This document shows, in pieces, positions 20,477 to 29,903 of a stretch of 64,000 nucleotides of DNA. Both the position numbers and the translations under genes were made by a program. The notes beneath the pieces are model-generated. The model was not told the origin of the DNA. It worked only from the letters and a program-made list of their open reading frames with translations, and did not search any database. Every line of letters begins with the position of its first letter. Position 1 is the first letter of the stretch. The stretch is from Candidatus Poribacteria bacterium (lineage in GTDB: Bacteria; Poribacteria; WGA-4E; WGA-3G), in the NCBI GenBank assembly GCA_965215265.1, contig OZ244048.1:544001-608000 (forward strand). Direction: 5' to 3'.

Positions 20477-22189
20477 TCAATCCTTTTCCTGCCCGAAGGG
20501 AAGTTCTCCTCGCTCGCGGGAGGAATCCCCATCGCTCTGGTTAGTAAAATTAAGGTGCCGTCTCAGAATGCTCTGATGTCCCTGCTCGTTTTCGAGCCGG
20601 TAAATCACCGTATAAATGCCAGGAACCGTTTGGAACGCTGAAGAGTCAAGCCTGGGTGTGAATTCAAACTGGGTTGAGTCATTTTGTGGAATGGCCCGAT
20701 GTTCTGTGAATGGCCCGTAGCACCTTTCACCGAGAGGGTTAAGGACTTTCCAAGTTAGTGTCAACCGTTTCGGGTGCGGCGGGTTGTTAAAATACACCGT
20801 GATGTTATCGCCGACGCTGCCACTCCCGACACGCAGCGTGCCTAATTGAGAAAACATCTTTTCTGTCAAGGGTAACGGTGGAATGTATTCAAGGTAACCT
20901 TTGCCAGGGATAACGCGCCAAGTGCCGCCTGTTGCCATCGCAATTTGTTTAATAGGTAGATAATCGAGCCCAATAACGTCAACCCGAATCTCCTGGCGTT
21001 GTAGGGTTTCAATCACGGTGTCTAAGCTATATGGCGATCTGCCGTTGTAGTCTGCATCGTGAAACGCTGCATCGCTGGCAAGCACAAACAACCGTTGTGC
21101 ACCCTGCCGGAACTTGCTATGTGTCATCGCTGCCATTAACGCGTCCAATCCGGCTTCTGACAGATCTCCGCCGCCATCCGTTCCTATTTCAAACAGCCAG
21201 TTTCTAAAGGTCCCCGAGTCATCGGTGCGTTTATATGTTCTTATTTCATCGCTAAACACAACCAACCCAAAGGTTGCATCGTGCCCATCCAATCTTAGGG
21301 CATCAAAAAGAAAATGCACATAAGCCCGGATGCCACGGATATTGTCTACCATGCTCGCTGTCTCATCAAGAATAAAGACAACGTCGATTTTTTCAGCCGT
21401 TGCAGCACGGGCGAGTTCGTGCGCGAGCGCCTTCATCATAGAAACGTATCTTCCTCCAACATTCGCAGCCCCCGACGTGCTACCACCGCCCCGGGTGTTG
21501 CCCATACCCGTTGCTCCGAGCGCGTCCCCCCGTCTCCCGCCATAATAAACATTCGGTGTATCCACCGTTGGCGAAACTACGCTGAGTCCTTCCGCTCTGC
21601 CTAAAGTTATTTGGAAGTCCGCCCCTTGTGGCTCCCACCCGCCCAACTCCTCTGTCCTCGAGGACAGAGAAAGAAAGGGGATTCCTCCCCGCTTGCGGGG
21701 GAAGGGAAGTTCTCCCCGCTTGCGGGTTGGTAAGTTTGGATTCCGATTCTTGCTAACCGACGGAACCTGAGAAACCTTTCCCACAGAAACTTTGCGAACC
21801 CGACCTGTTGGCCCCATATTCTCATCGTGATTTTCTGTGAACCAACTTGTGTTGGAGCTGGGTTGCGGTTTTGACAGTTCGGGTACCGCCTCCGTAACAG
21901 AAGTTACAGCGGGTTCAACCGATTTCGGCGGTTCAACAATAATCGGTTCTGGCTCCCGCCCACCCGAATCCTTAGTCGGCTTAATGGAGTCTATCCATAT
22001 TTCTTGTCCATTAAAAAACGGTGCTTGTAATTCAGACTTTGGTGCGAACTGCCAAAGCACTGACATCAGGATGAGGTGAATGAGCAATGAGTATATCAGA
22101 TATGGGGTTTTTCGAGTTTTCATGAGAATTTTCCAGGATATTTCGTTTTCTGGCTCCCACCCGCCCAAATCCTTCTTTCGAGTTTTCAT
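20477..22189 (-). CDS. Membrane-anchored vWA domain protein with several repeat-derived insertions
   Basis: N-terminal TM segment (SLLIHLIL); MIDAS-like DETASM; GGGDLSE; start at 22189 or 22123 because the start region is duplicated. Confidence 0.85.
   Translation of the reverse strand: MKTRKKDLGGWEPENEISWKILMKTRKTPYLIYSLLIHLILMSVLWQFAPKSELQAPFFNGQEIWIDSIKPTKDSGGREPEPIIVEPPKSVEPAVTSVTEAVPELSKPQPSSNTSWFTENHDENMGPTGRVRKVSVGKVSQVPSVSKNRNPNLPTRKRGELPFPRKRGGIPFLSLSSRTEELGGWEPQGADFQITLGRAEGLSVVSPTVDTPNVYYGGRRGDALGATGMGNTRGGGSTSGAANVGGRYVSMMKALAHELARAATAEKIDVVFILDETASMVDNIRGIRAYVHFLFDALRLDGHDATFGLVVFSDEIRTYKRTDDSGTFRNWLFEIGTDGGGDLSEAGLDALMAAMTHSKFRQGAQRLFVLASDAAFHDADYNGRSPYSLDTVIETLQRQEIRVDVIGLDYLPIKQIAMATGGTWRVIPGKGYLEYIPPLPLTEKMFSQLGTLRVGSGSVGDNITVYFNNPPHPKRLTLTWKVLNPLGERCYGPFTEHRAIPQNDSTQFEFTPRLDSSAFQTVPGIYTVIYRLENEQGHQSILRRHLNFTNQSDGDSSRERGELPFGQEKD
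21629..21726 (+). repeat. Composite D + A-core + C repeat, in-frame in the vWA gene
   Basis: GGCTCCCACCCGCCCAACTCC, TCTGTCCTCGAGGACAGA and two CTCCCCGCTTGCGGG hairpins, matching units at 10240-10346. Confidence 0.75.
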
Positions 22190-22216
22190 GAGAATTTTCC
22201 AGGATATTTCGTTTTC
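22110..22216. repeat. 41-bp direct duplication flanking a family D unit
   Basis: TTTCGAGTTTTCATGAGAATTTTCCAGGATATTTCGTTTTC at 22110-22150 and 22176-22216. Confidence 0.9.
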
Positions 22217-22236
22217 CGGCACATCTATAATACGTT

Positions 22237-23190
22237 CTACAGATGAAATTCCACCACATCACCATCATAAACTACATCGTCGCGGCTGACAGATTGCCCG
22301 GCGTGCCATTGCGGTCCCCATATCCTTGCGAATTTGAATCCAGCAAAATCTTTATGTAAGCCGATGGCAGCATCTTGCACTGTTGCACCAATTGGGAGAA
22401 CGATCGGATGCTCATGCTCTAGCGGTTTTCCGGGGGCTTTTGGATAGATTCGGATAATGTTCAAGGCGTTATACATTGCTTGAAAGAGAGAATCGCTGCC
22501 GGCACCTGTTAGAGTAGAAATCGGGAGGAGTTGCTCCCCATAAAATTCCGTAAGAATTTCCAATCTATCTGCTGCACCGTCAGCATCCTGCTGGTTTGCT
22601 ACAACGAGGTGCGTCCTGTCCGTATCGGTTATAATGATGTCAGCCTCATGCAGTACTGTGAGTACCATGTCCAAATCATCCAACAGATTATCGGATGCAA
22701 GACTAAGCACAATAACCCGCAAATCCGCATGTCGAGCAAGCGTTAACACTGTTGGAGAAACAAAGTCAGGCATGATAGAAGGCGTATCGATGAGTTGAAA
22801 TTGAACATTTTGATAACGGAGCATCCCAACCGTCGGTGTTGTTGTGATATAAGGTGTCGGACCCACTTCCGGTTTTGCTTTGGTAAAAGTGGCAAGCATC
22901 TCTGATTTACCGCCATTCGGCGGACCGAGGAGTACAATTTGACCAGCGCCTTGTTTCGGAATATGCTCGCTATACCCTTTTCTGCCTCCTTTTTTGCTGC
23001 TGGATGCCGAAACGTCTCTTTTGAGTCTAGCGATGCGCTTCCGTAAATCGGATACTACTTTCTCTGAGCCTTTATGCTGGGGAACGATACGCAACATCTC
23101 CTCTAACAGCTCAAGCTGCTCAGAGTCCGTTTTTGCTGCTTCATGTTGATGCTTCAATTTATAGTAAGTTGGGGGTAGATTCGCTGGCAT
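22237..23190 (-). CDS. DRG/Obg-family GTP-binding protein with C-terminal TGS domain
   Basis: MPANLPP N-terminus; P-loop GPPNGGKS; TGS end DGDVVEFHL. Confidence 0.88.
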   Translation of the reverse strand: MPANLPPTYYKLKHQHEAAKTDSEQLELLEEMLRIVPQHKGSEKVVSDLRKRIARLKRDVSASSSKKGGRKGYSEHIPKQGAGQIVLLGPPNGGKSEMLATFTKAKPEVGPTPYITTTPTVGMLRYQNVQFQLIDTPSIMPDFVSPTVLTLARHADLRVIVLSLASDNLLDDLDMVLTVLHEADIIITDTDRTHLVVANQQDADGAADRLEILTEFYGEQLLPISTLTGAGSDSLFQAMYNALNIIRIYPKAPGKPLEHEHPIVLPIGATVQDAAIGLHKDFAGFKFARIWGPQWHAGQSVSRDDVVYDGDVVEFHL

Positions 23191-23294
23191 TGTAGGGCTC
23201 CAAATCTTGGCTTGCAATATCTCCGAAGATCGATTAGAATCAAAACAACAATTAATCATTGACTCTTATATAGAATATCAGAAATTCCGTTCTC

Positions 23295-24899
23295 ATGTCA
23301 AGGCCAATTTACGCTTTTTTTTTAGTGGTATGTCTATTGCTTTTTCCAGAGGATGCGCGATTACAAAGCCCACCTCGGGGACGTGCTGACGAACTACTCA
23401 TCAGAGTGCAGACTGAGGCACTTCAAGCGCATGTCACAGCGTTACAAGAAAACGCAACAGTCTTTCCATATCAGTTCGCGTACCGCACACGTAACGCGCA
23501 TCATCGTGAGGCGACAGATAATGCTGTGCGTTACATTATGAGCCAGTTTCGCCGCGCCCCACGTTTACAAGTAACCGAGCAGGTTGTCGGCGGAGTCAGG
23601 AACGTTCTTGCTGTTTTGCCGCCGAAACGCAATGAAAACTCCGATTCAGGCAGCACACGTGTGTTTATTATCTGTGCGTATTATGACACGCAAGCCGTGC
23701 GGGAACCAGGGTGGAATCCATTAATTACCAGTGCACCGGGCGCGAATAAGAACGGCACGGGGGTAGCAGCGATGTTAGAAATCGCTAACCTCTTAAGTCA
23801 ATATGAATATGAACATGAACTGAGGTTTATCGCCCTAGGTGGTGAAGAAATTGGAGCACTCGGCAGTCGTTACTATGTGCATCAAGCACAGCGACAAAGC
23901 GGAACTATCGATATTCTGGAATCAGATATACATATAAAACCAGAAAACATCGTGGCGGTTTTCAACCTTGATATGCTCGGTTATAATTGGAAACGCGACC
24001 TCGTTGAAGTTGTAACCAACAAAGATTCAGCGTGGATAAGCCGGGCACTCACAATTGCCAACAAATGGTACAATATTGACTTAAAAATTCGGCGAACGCA
24101 AGATGAATTTATTAATATATCTTCGCATAAATCCTTTTGGGATGCAGGCTATAATGCTGTAACTTTGATTGAAAACTCTACACCGTGGCGAGATTCCCAA
24201 AATTACGATGCCAATCCGTTCTATCATACCTCTCGGGATACTGTCGATAAAGTTAATTTTGGTTTGGTAAGAAAAGTGACGCAGCTTGTACTGGTTACAG
24301 TGGATAGTCTTCTCACCGACATGTTCCAATCCACACGACCTGTTCCGAGAGTGACGTTAAACCTACCAGTGACCGGTACCGAGAGCCCATTCCACATTAG
24401 TGGGACCTTTCGCACTAAATTTCCAATTGATATTATCGTGCATCCCAGCAAAACGGAGGCACTCGTGGATAGAGAAACGCAAACTTACACAGCGATAGTC
24501 CCCTTATCTCCGGGAGAGAACAGTCTACGTGTCACAGCACGGTACGCGCTAGGAGCTACGTCAATCAAAAAATCCATCCTTTTGGAGCAAGCATTTGCAT
24601 GGGAAGAGGTCGTCATATTTCCGAACCCGGCGCGCTCCGATAGTTTAACCGAATTCCGCACCGAGGCAAATATTGAGATAACAGACATGGCTGTATCTGT
24701 ATATGATGCTGGGGGGAACCTGATCAAACGGATCGAAGGTGTCCGGGACCGGCGGGATTCGCGCATCTGGCGTACATGGTGGAATCAGCAGACTTCGTAC
24801 GGGTTGGCAGTGTCACCGGGGGTATACGTCTGCCATATTTCGGTGGAGGCGAAAGGTCAGACTCATACCTATATTGAGAAATTAGCGATTTTACGGTGA
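23295..24899 (+). CDS. Secreted M28-family peptidase-like protein with C-terminal T9SS-A/FlgD-Ig-like domain
   Basis: Signal peptide; GEEIG, NLDM and YHT motifs; C-terminal FPNP..VYDAGG..PGVY pattern. Confidence 0.8.
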   Translation: MSRPIYAFFLVVCLLLFPEDARLQSPPRGRADELLIRVQTEALQAHVTALQENATVFPYQFAYRTRNAHHREATDNAVRYIMSQFRRAPRLQVTEQVVGGVRNVLAVLPPKRNENSDSGSTRVFIICAYYDTQAVREPGWNPLITSAPGANKNGTGVAAMLEIANLLSQYEYEHELRFIALGGEEIGALGSRYYVHQAQRQSGTIDILESDIHIKPENIVAVFNLDMLGYNWKRDLVEVVTNKDSAWISRALTIANKWYNIDLKIRRTQDEFINISSHKSFWDAGYNAVTLIENSTPWRDSQNYDANPFYHTSRDTVDKVNFGLVRKVTQLVLVTVDSLLTDMFQSTRPVPRVTLNLPVTGTESPFHISGTFRTKFPIDIIVHPSKTEALVDRETQTYTAIVPLSPGENSLRVTARYALGATSIKKSILLEQAFAWEEVVIFPNPARSDSLTEFRTEANIEITDMAVSVYDAGGNLIKRIEGVRDRRDSRIWRTWWNQQTSYGLAVSPGVYVCHISVEAKGQTHTYIEKLAILR

Positions 24900-24993
24900 G
24901 GCTGGTTTTGCAGACATGTTTTAACCTCGTGAGTCGCAGTGTCCTTAATCCCAGAAATTCCTCTTAGCGGCGGGCTTGCGATTTCGCGCTGGT

Positions 24994-25383
24994 TTAGAAC
25001 CATGCAATATACAGGATTTCTGGGTCTCGGGAATACGGAACCATGCAATCCGCGTAGACGTAGCGTCTTTCTGACGGGTTTTCTGGATCCGGTCCCGCGT
25101 ATAAGCGTGCATTGATTTTACCGATGCTCCCGTAGTCGTAAGAGTTGATGCGGAGCTTGAACTGCGTCGGCACGATATTGCCCCAGGAGACCGTGATCGC
25201 ATTTCCATTGTCGCCGTGGAGCTCCCAAGTGAACGAGACATCGCTTGGGTTCGTCGCAGTTCGTGCCTGGTTATCGACGGCGGCGAAGACAAGGTGCGGA
25301 TCCTCTCCATACTCGTCATAGCCTGCATTCATGCAGTAGCCGGGCCAGTTGGTAGAGATGAACTGTTTTCTGTCGTATAACAC
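24994..25383 (-). CDS. Hypothetical protein
   Basis: Isolated ORF with protein-like composition; start uncertain. Confidence 0.45.
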   Translation of the reverse strand: MLYDRKQFISTNWPGYCMNAGYDEYGEDPHLVFAAVDNQARTATNPSDVSFTWELHGDNGNAITVSWGNIVPTQFKLRINSYDYGSIGKINARLYAGPDPENPSERRYVYADCMVPYSRDPEILYIAWF

Positions 25384-25768
25384 GCTAAATAGAGTTGTTG
25401 ATGCGAAAATATTTGTAAGTTACATACCAAACATTGATATCTAACACGGCTGGGGAGAGTTTGGTCTGAACGTTCCCGTCCCTATCTGCTCAGAGACGCG
25501 TTCGCGGAGACGTTGAAGTTTGTACATATCCATGCTCCAACAAGGTTGAACGGTACGAAAAGGTGCAGCTTATTTTTCAAGCTGCACAAAATTGGGCAAT
25601 TTTAGCAAGTTACATGCTTCCTGCATCGCGCCATTAGCCAACGATGCCAATGCTCGCGCCATAACGAATAGGATGAGTCCGCGCTACCTGAACCTCACTT
25701 GCATTTTCTAAATTCTACTTTTGGGCTTTCCAATATAAATAGCCCTCGTGCCAGTACGTGAAAAAAAA

Positions 25769-25797
25769 TTGACATTTTCTCAATTTTTTGTTAAGAT
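25769..25797 (+). promoter_or_regulatory. sigma-70 promoter of the TPR/UGSC operon
   Basis: TTGACA-17-TAAGAT. Confidence 0.6.
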
Positions 25798-25898
25798 ATT
25801 AATGAGGTGAGTCAACCTTCATAATAATTCTATCTGTACCCATCTCGGCACAGACTTTTTGGTCAATGATCTTGTTAATACTAGAGAGGAAACAAAAA

Positions 25899-26222
25899 AT
25901 GCCGACTCAAGAAGAACTGTACGATGCCGCGCTCACCCTTTTTGCTGAAAATGAACTTGAGGCGGCAGTTGACGTTTTCAAAAAAATGATTGAAACCTAC
26001 CCTGACTATATCGAAGGATACGTCGGGCTTGGCCATGCTTATGAACGACTCGGGATGTACGATGAAGCGATTGAAGCTGTTCAAAAAGCGATTGAACTCA
26101 ACCCGAATGACCCGCTTGTCTATACCAGTTTATCTATCTGTTACCAGCGAAAAGGGATGATTCAGGAGGCAGAAGATGCGATGGCAAAATCGCAGCGTGT
26201 GCAGATTGAAACGTCCCGATAA
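25899..26222 (+). CDS. Small TPR protein
   Basis: About three TPR repeats (GLGHAYERLG..AIELNPND); GAGGA RBS. Confidence 0.85.
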   Translation: MPTQEELYDAALTLFAENELEAAVDVFKKMIETYPDYIEGYVGLGHAYERLGMYDEAIEAVQKAIELNPNDPLVYTSLSICYQRKGMIQEAEDAMAKSQRVQIETSR

Positions 26223-26244
26223 TTCAGACTAAAGGAGGCTTTCC

Positions 26245-26772
26245 ATGGCAAACGTTACTTTACTCGATCCGACTTCTCAGGGCGATGCACCGACAAAATT
26301 TCTCGCACCGCGCCTAGATAGCCTTGATGGGAAAGTGATGGGCTTGCTCGATATCACGAAAAATGGCAGCGATATTTTTCTGACACGTGTTGAGGAGTTA
26401 ATGCAACACCGGTTTCAACTTGCCGGTGTTATTCACGTCAAAAAACCGACTTTTTCGAGGCCCGCGCCGATAGACTTACTTAATGACCTTGCGGAACAAG
26501 TTGACTTTGTCATTGAAGGACTCGCCGACTGAGGCTCTTGTATATCGTGCAGTATGCACGATGGAAGTGCTTTAGAAGAGCGCGGCGTGCCGAGTGTCGC
26601 CATCTGTACAGAAGTGTTTTTCGCTGCCGGTAAGGTGCAAGCTCGCGTATTGGGGCATGGTGAATTGGAACCGCTCACCGTGGCACACCCGATTCAAAGT
26701 CTTACACCAGAGCAGATTCGTGAAAGGGCAGATACCGTTGTTGATACAATTGCTGAACGGTTAATAAAATAG
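26245..26772 (+). CDS. UGSC-family thioredoxin-like selenoprotein (UGA at 26530-26532 read as Sec)
   Basis: ORFs 26245-26532 and 26554-26772 are in the same frame and joined by GLAD-UGA-GSCISC; a hairpin follows the UGA. Confidence 0.85.
26544..26562 (+). promoter_or_regulatory. Candidate bacterial SECIS stem-loop
   Basis: ATCGTGCA-GTA-TGCACGAT, starting 12 nt after the UGA, with G in the loop. Confidence 0.55.
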
Positions 26773-26778
26773 TAACAA

Positions 26779-26808
26779 TAGGGCGGTACAGAAAGTACCG
26801 CCTTGTTT
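26779..26808. terminator. Hairpin terminator between the convergent UGSC gene and clpB
   Basis: GGCGGTAC-AGAAA-GTACCGCC followed by TTGTTT. Confidence 0.65.
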
Positions 26809-26820
26809 GTATTATAAGCC

Positions 26821-29406
26821 TTAGTCTGCTGTTTGGAACACGAAATTGCCATCCGTAAAATCAGTAGTGATGGCATCGCCATCGCTGAATCGACCTTCCA
26901 ACATCTGAATCGCTAACGGATTGAGAATATGCCGCTCAATTGTTCTTCGAAGCGGACGTGCCCCGTAGACCTCGTCAAAACCGCGTTCTACGAGTTCTGT
27001 CTCTGCGGTGTCTGTCAGCGTCAACGTCATCTGCTTCTCCACGAATCGGGTGCTGAGTTGCGCCAGTTCCAGCCTCACAATCTTTTTCAATTCATCTATA
27101 CCCAGCCGCTCAAAGATAATCAGATCATCGATTCTGTTCAAGAATTCTGGTGGGAAGTGGGCTTGTAACGCCTCCATCACCTTCTGGCGAAGTGCTTTCG
27201 TCTCTAAGCCTGCGTCGCTAATCCATTGACTCCCGATGTTAGATGTCATAATGACTACCGCATTCTTGAAATCCACCGTGCGTCCATGACCGTCTGTCAT
27301 TCTGCCATCATCCAGCATTTGCAGCAGGACATTGAATACCTCTGGATGTGCTTTCTCAACCTCGTCAAGTAGGATAACGCAATACGGGTGTCTCCTGACA
27401 GCCTCGGTAAGTTGCCCGCCTTCATCGTAGCCTACGTACCCGGGGGGTGCACCGATGAGCCGGGAGACGGTGTGCTTTTCCATATACTCGCTCATGTCGA
27501 TACGTACGATTGCGTTAGCGTCGTCAAATAGGAATTCTGCCAGCGACTTGGCGAGATGTGTCTTTCCAACCCCAGTCGGCCCCATGAAAAGGAACGAACC
27601 GAGGGGTTTGCTCGGGTCTCCGAGTCCAACGCGGGCACGTCGAATCGCATGAGAGACTGCAGCGACTGCCTCCTCCTGTCCGATAACCTGTTCGCAAAGC
27701 CTGACTTCCATGTTCAGCAGTTTCTCTGTTTCGCCTTCTATGAGTCGAGAGACAGGAATGCCAGTCCATTTTGCCACAATTTCAGCGATGTCTTCCTCGT
27801 TCACGTGCTCTTTTAACATCTGCTTGCCGCTTGCCGAGGTCTCAACAGCATTTCGCACAGTTTCCAATTGCGCTTCCAATTGCGGAATCCTTCCGTATTC
27901 CAATTCTGAGGCTGTCGCGAGGTCACCTCTCCGTTTCGCTTGTTCTGATTCAAGGCGAAGTTCCTCTACCTGTTCCATCAGTTCTCGGATTTTAGTCAAG
28001 TTTGCCTTTTCATGTTGCCAGACTGCCTTGAGAACACTCGTTTTTTCTTTCAATTCAGCAAGTTCCGCATTCAATTTGTCTAGACGTTGTTTTGCGGTAT
28101 CGTCCTCTTCTTTTGTGAGTGCCTGTTTTTCAATTTCAAGTTGGATGATACGACGTTCGACTTCGTCAATTTCCTCGGGTACACTGTCAATTTCAATGCG
28201 GCGCCGTGATGCTGCCTCGTCTACTAGATCTACTGCTTTGTCCGGTAGAAAACGTTCTGTCAAGTAACGTTTTGAAAGTGTAGCGGCGGCAACAATGGCA
28301 TTGTCCTGAATCTGAACCCCGTGATGTGTTTCATACCGTTCCTTCAACCCGCGTAGAATGGCAACGGTATCTTCAACAGAGGGTTCTTGCACCAAAACAG
28401 GTTGGAATCGGCGTTCCAGGGCTGCATCCTTCTCAATGTGTTTTCGATATTCATCAACCGTGGTCGCGCCGATGCATCGCAACTCGCCCCGTGCCAGGGC
28501 AGGTTTTAGCATGTTAGAGGCATCGACTGCGCCTTCTGCTGCACCCGCGCCAACGATAGTATGGAGTTCGTCTATGAAAAGGATAACCTCACCCGCGGCT
28601 TGTTCTACCTCAGCAAGTACGGCTTTCAGCCGGTCCTCAAATTCCCCACGGTACTTACTCCCGGCGATGAGCGCACCTAAGTCCAAGGCAATAAGCCGCT
28701 TGTGACGTAGACTTTCTGGCACATCACCATCTGTAATGCGCTGTGCTAATCCTTCCACAATAGCTGTTTTACCCACACCCGGTTCACCAATAAGCACCGG
28801 ATTATTTTTTCGTCTGCGGGAAAGCACCTGCATCACGCGCCGGATTTCATCGTCTCTTCCGATAACCGGATCCAGTTTACCGGATATGGCTTCTTGTGTC
28901 AACTCGCGCCCAAATCGAGTGAGCGCTTGATATTTGTCTTCAGGATTCTCATCTGTTATCCTTTGGTTACCACGGATGTCTACCAATGCCTTCAGGATTT
29001 TTTCCTTCGTGACATCAGCATTCCGCAGAATCTTGCCGGATTCGCTTTGTTTCGCCTCCGTGCAGGCAATAAGGAGATGTTCGGTACTTACGTACTCATC
29101 TTTAAGCGTTGCCGCCTCTTTGAAGGCATTCTCCAAAACCGATTGAAGTGCGGATGACATGTAAAGTTCCAAGTTTGTCTGTTGTACCTTGGGTGCTTTC
29201 TGAATGGCAGCTTCAATCTCCTCGCTGATGCTAATGGGATCAGCATCGAGTTTATGAAAAATCGGCGTAACAATCCCATCAGGTTGCCGGATGAGGGCTA
29301 ACATTAGATGTTCAACGCTCAGTTCTGGGCTTTGGCTTTCTCTGGTTAAATTTTGGGCTGTCTGAAGTGCTTCACGGGCTTTGATGGTAAATTTATCGGA
29401 TCTCAT
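26821..29406 (-). CDS. clpB: Chaperone ClpB
   Basis: Two AAA+ modules ([16 protein letters not shown]) and a coiled-coil middle domain; start MRSDKFT with GAGG RBS. Confidence 0.97.
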   Translation of the reverse strand: MRSDKFTIKAREALQTAQNLTRESQSPELSVEHLMLALIRQPDGIVTPIFHKLDADPISISEEIEAAIQKAPKVQQTNLELYMSSALQSVLENAFKEAATLKDEYVSTEHLLIACTEAKQSESGKILRNADVTKEKILKALVDIRGNQRITDENPEDKYQALTRFGRELTQEAISGKLDPVIGRDDEIRRVMQVLSRRRKNNPVLIGEPGVGKTAIVEGLAQRITDGDVPESLRHKRLIALDLGALIAGSKYRGEFEDRLKAVLAEVEQAAGEVILFIDELHTIVGAGAAEGAVDASNMLKPALARGELRCIGATTVDEYRKHIEKDAALERRFQPVLVQEPSVEDTVAILRGLKERYETHHGVQIQDNAIVAAATLSKRYLTERFLPDKAVDLVDEAASRRRIEIDSVPEEIDEVERRIIQLEIEKQALTKEEDDTAKQRLDKLNAELAELKEKTSVLKAVWQHEKANLTKIRELMEQVEELRLESEQAKRRGDLATASELEYGRIPQLEAQLETVRNAVETSASGKQMLKEHVNEEDIAEIVAKWTGIPVSRLIEGETEKLLNMEVRLCEQVIGQEEAVAAVSHAIRRARVGLGDPSKPLGSFLFMGPTGVGKTHLAKSLAEFLFDDANAIVRIDMSEYMEKHTVSRLIGAPPGYVGYDEGGQLTEAVRRHPYCVILLDEVEKAHPEVFNVLLQMLDDGRMTDGHGRTVDFKNAVVIMTSNIGSQWISDAGLETKALRQKVMEALQAHFPPEFLNRIDDLIIFERLGIDELKKIVRLELAQLSTRFVEKQMTLTLTDTAETELVERGFDEVYGARPLRRTIERHILNPLAIQMLEGRFSDGDAITTDFTDGNFVFQTAD

Positions 29407-29446
29407 GGGATACCTCCTCAATGTTTTTATTTTTTCATGAATAATA

Positions 29447-29463
29447 AGCAAAATTCGTGCCAA
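29447..29463 (-). promoter_or_regulatory. sigma-54 promoter of clpB
   Basis: TTGGCACGAATTTTGCT matches TGGCAC-N5-TTGC. Confidence 0.7.
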
Positions 29464-29903
29464 TTTAAGTTAGCTGTGGAGAGTATTTGAAGCCGAAGAA
29501 ACCGAAAAAAATGGCACACGGCGTGCCATTTTGACAACTACAGAGCTAGTTTAACAGGTGTAATCACTGCCTGTGGTCCGTGTTTAGATAAAATCTTCTT
29601 GCATGTGCCACGGCAAAAGGTGAATTTTTACTGTCTCGGCAAACTCTCAAAGTTCAATATCCTCGCGAGTTGAATAAGGTTTCGATGATTCCGGAAGCGT
29701 CGCTCGCCAACCATAGGAGATGCTAGATTTTTGTTTCACATTTTTGAATGTGAGGTTGCATCTCTTCATTCGGACGCGCACAAGACTGATATCAAGTTTA
29801 TAGAGGGCACGGTATTCTTGGGTAGGTCTTGTGTGGTGGTTATCTGAAACCGAAGTCATCCAGCACAAGGACATATCAAAAGCCTTATAACTGTTTCATC
29901 GGG

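Noticed and set aside
29647-29874. Small ORF between clpB and the CRTAC1-like gene
   Set aside because: No RBS or recognisable domain; possibly decayed sequence.
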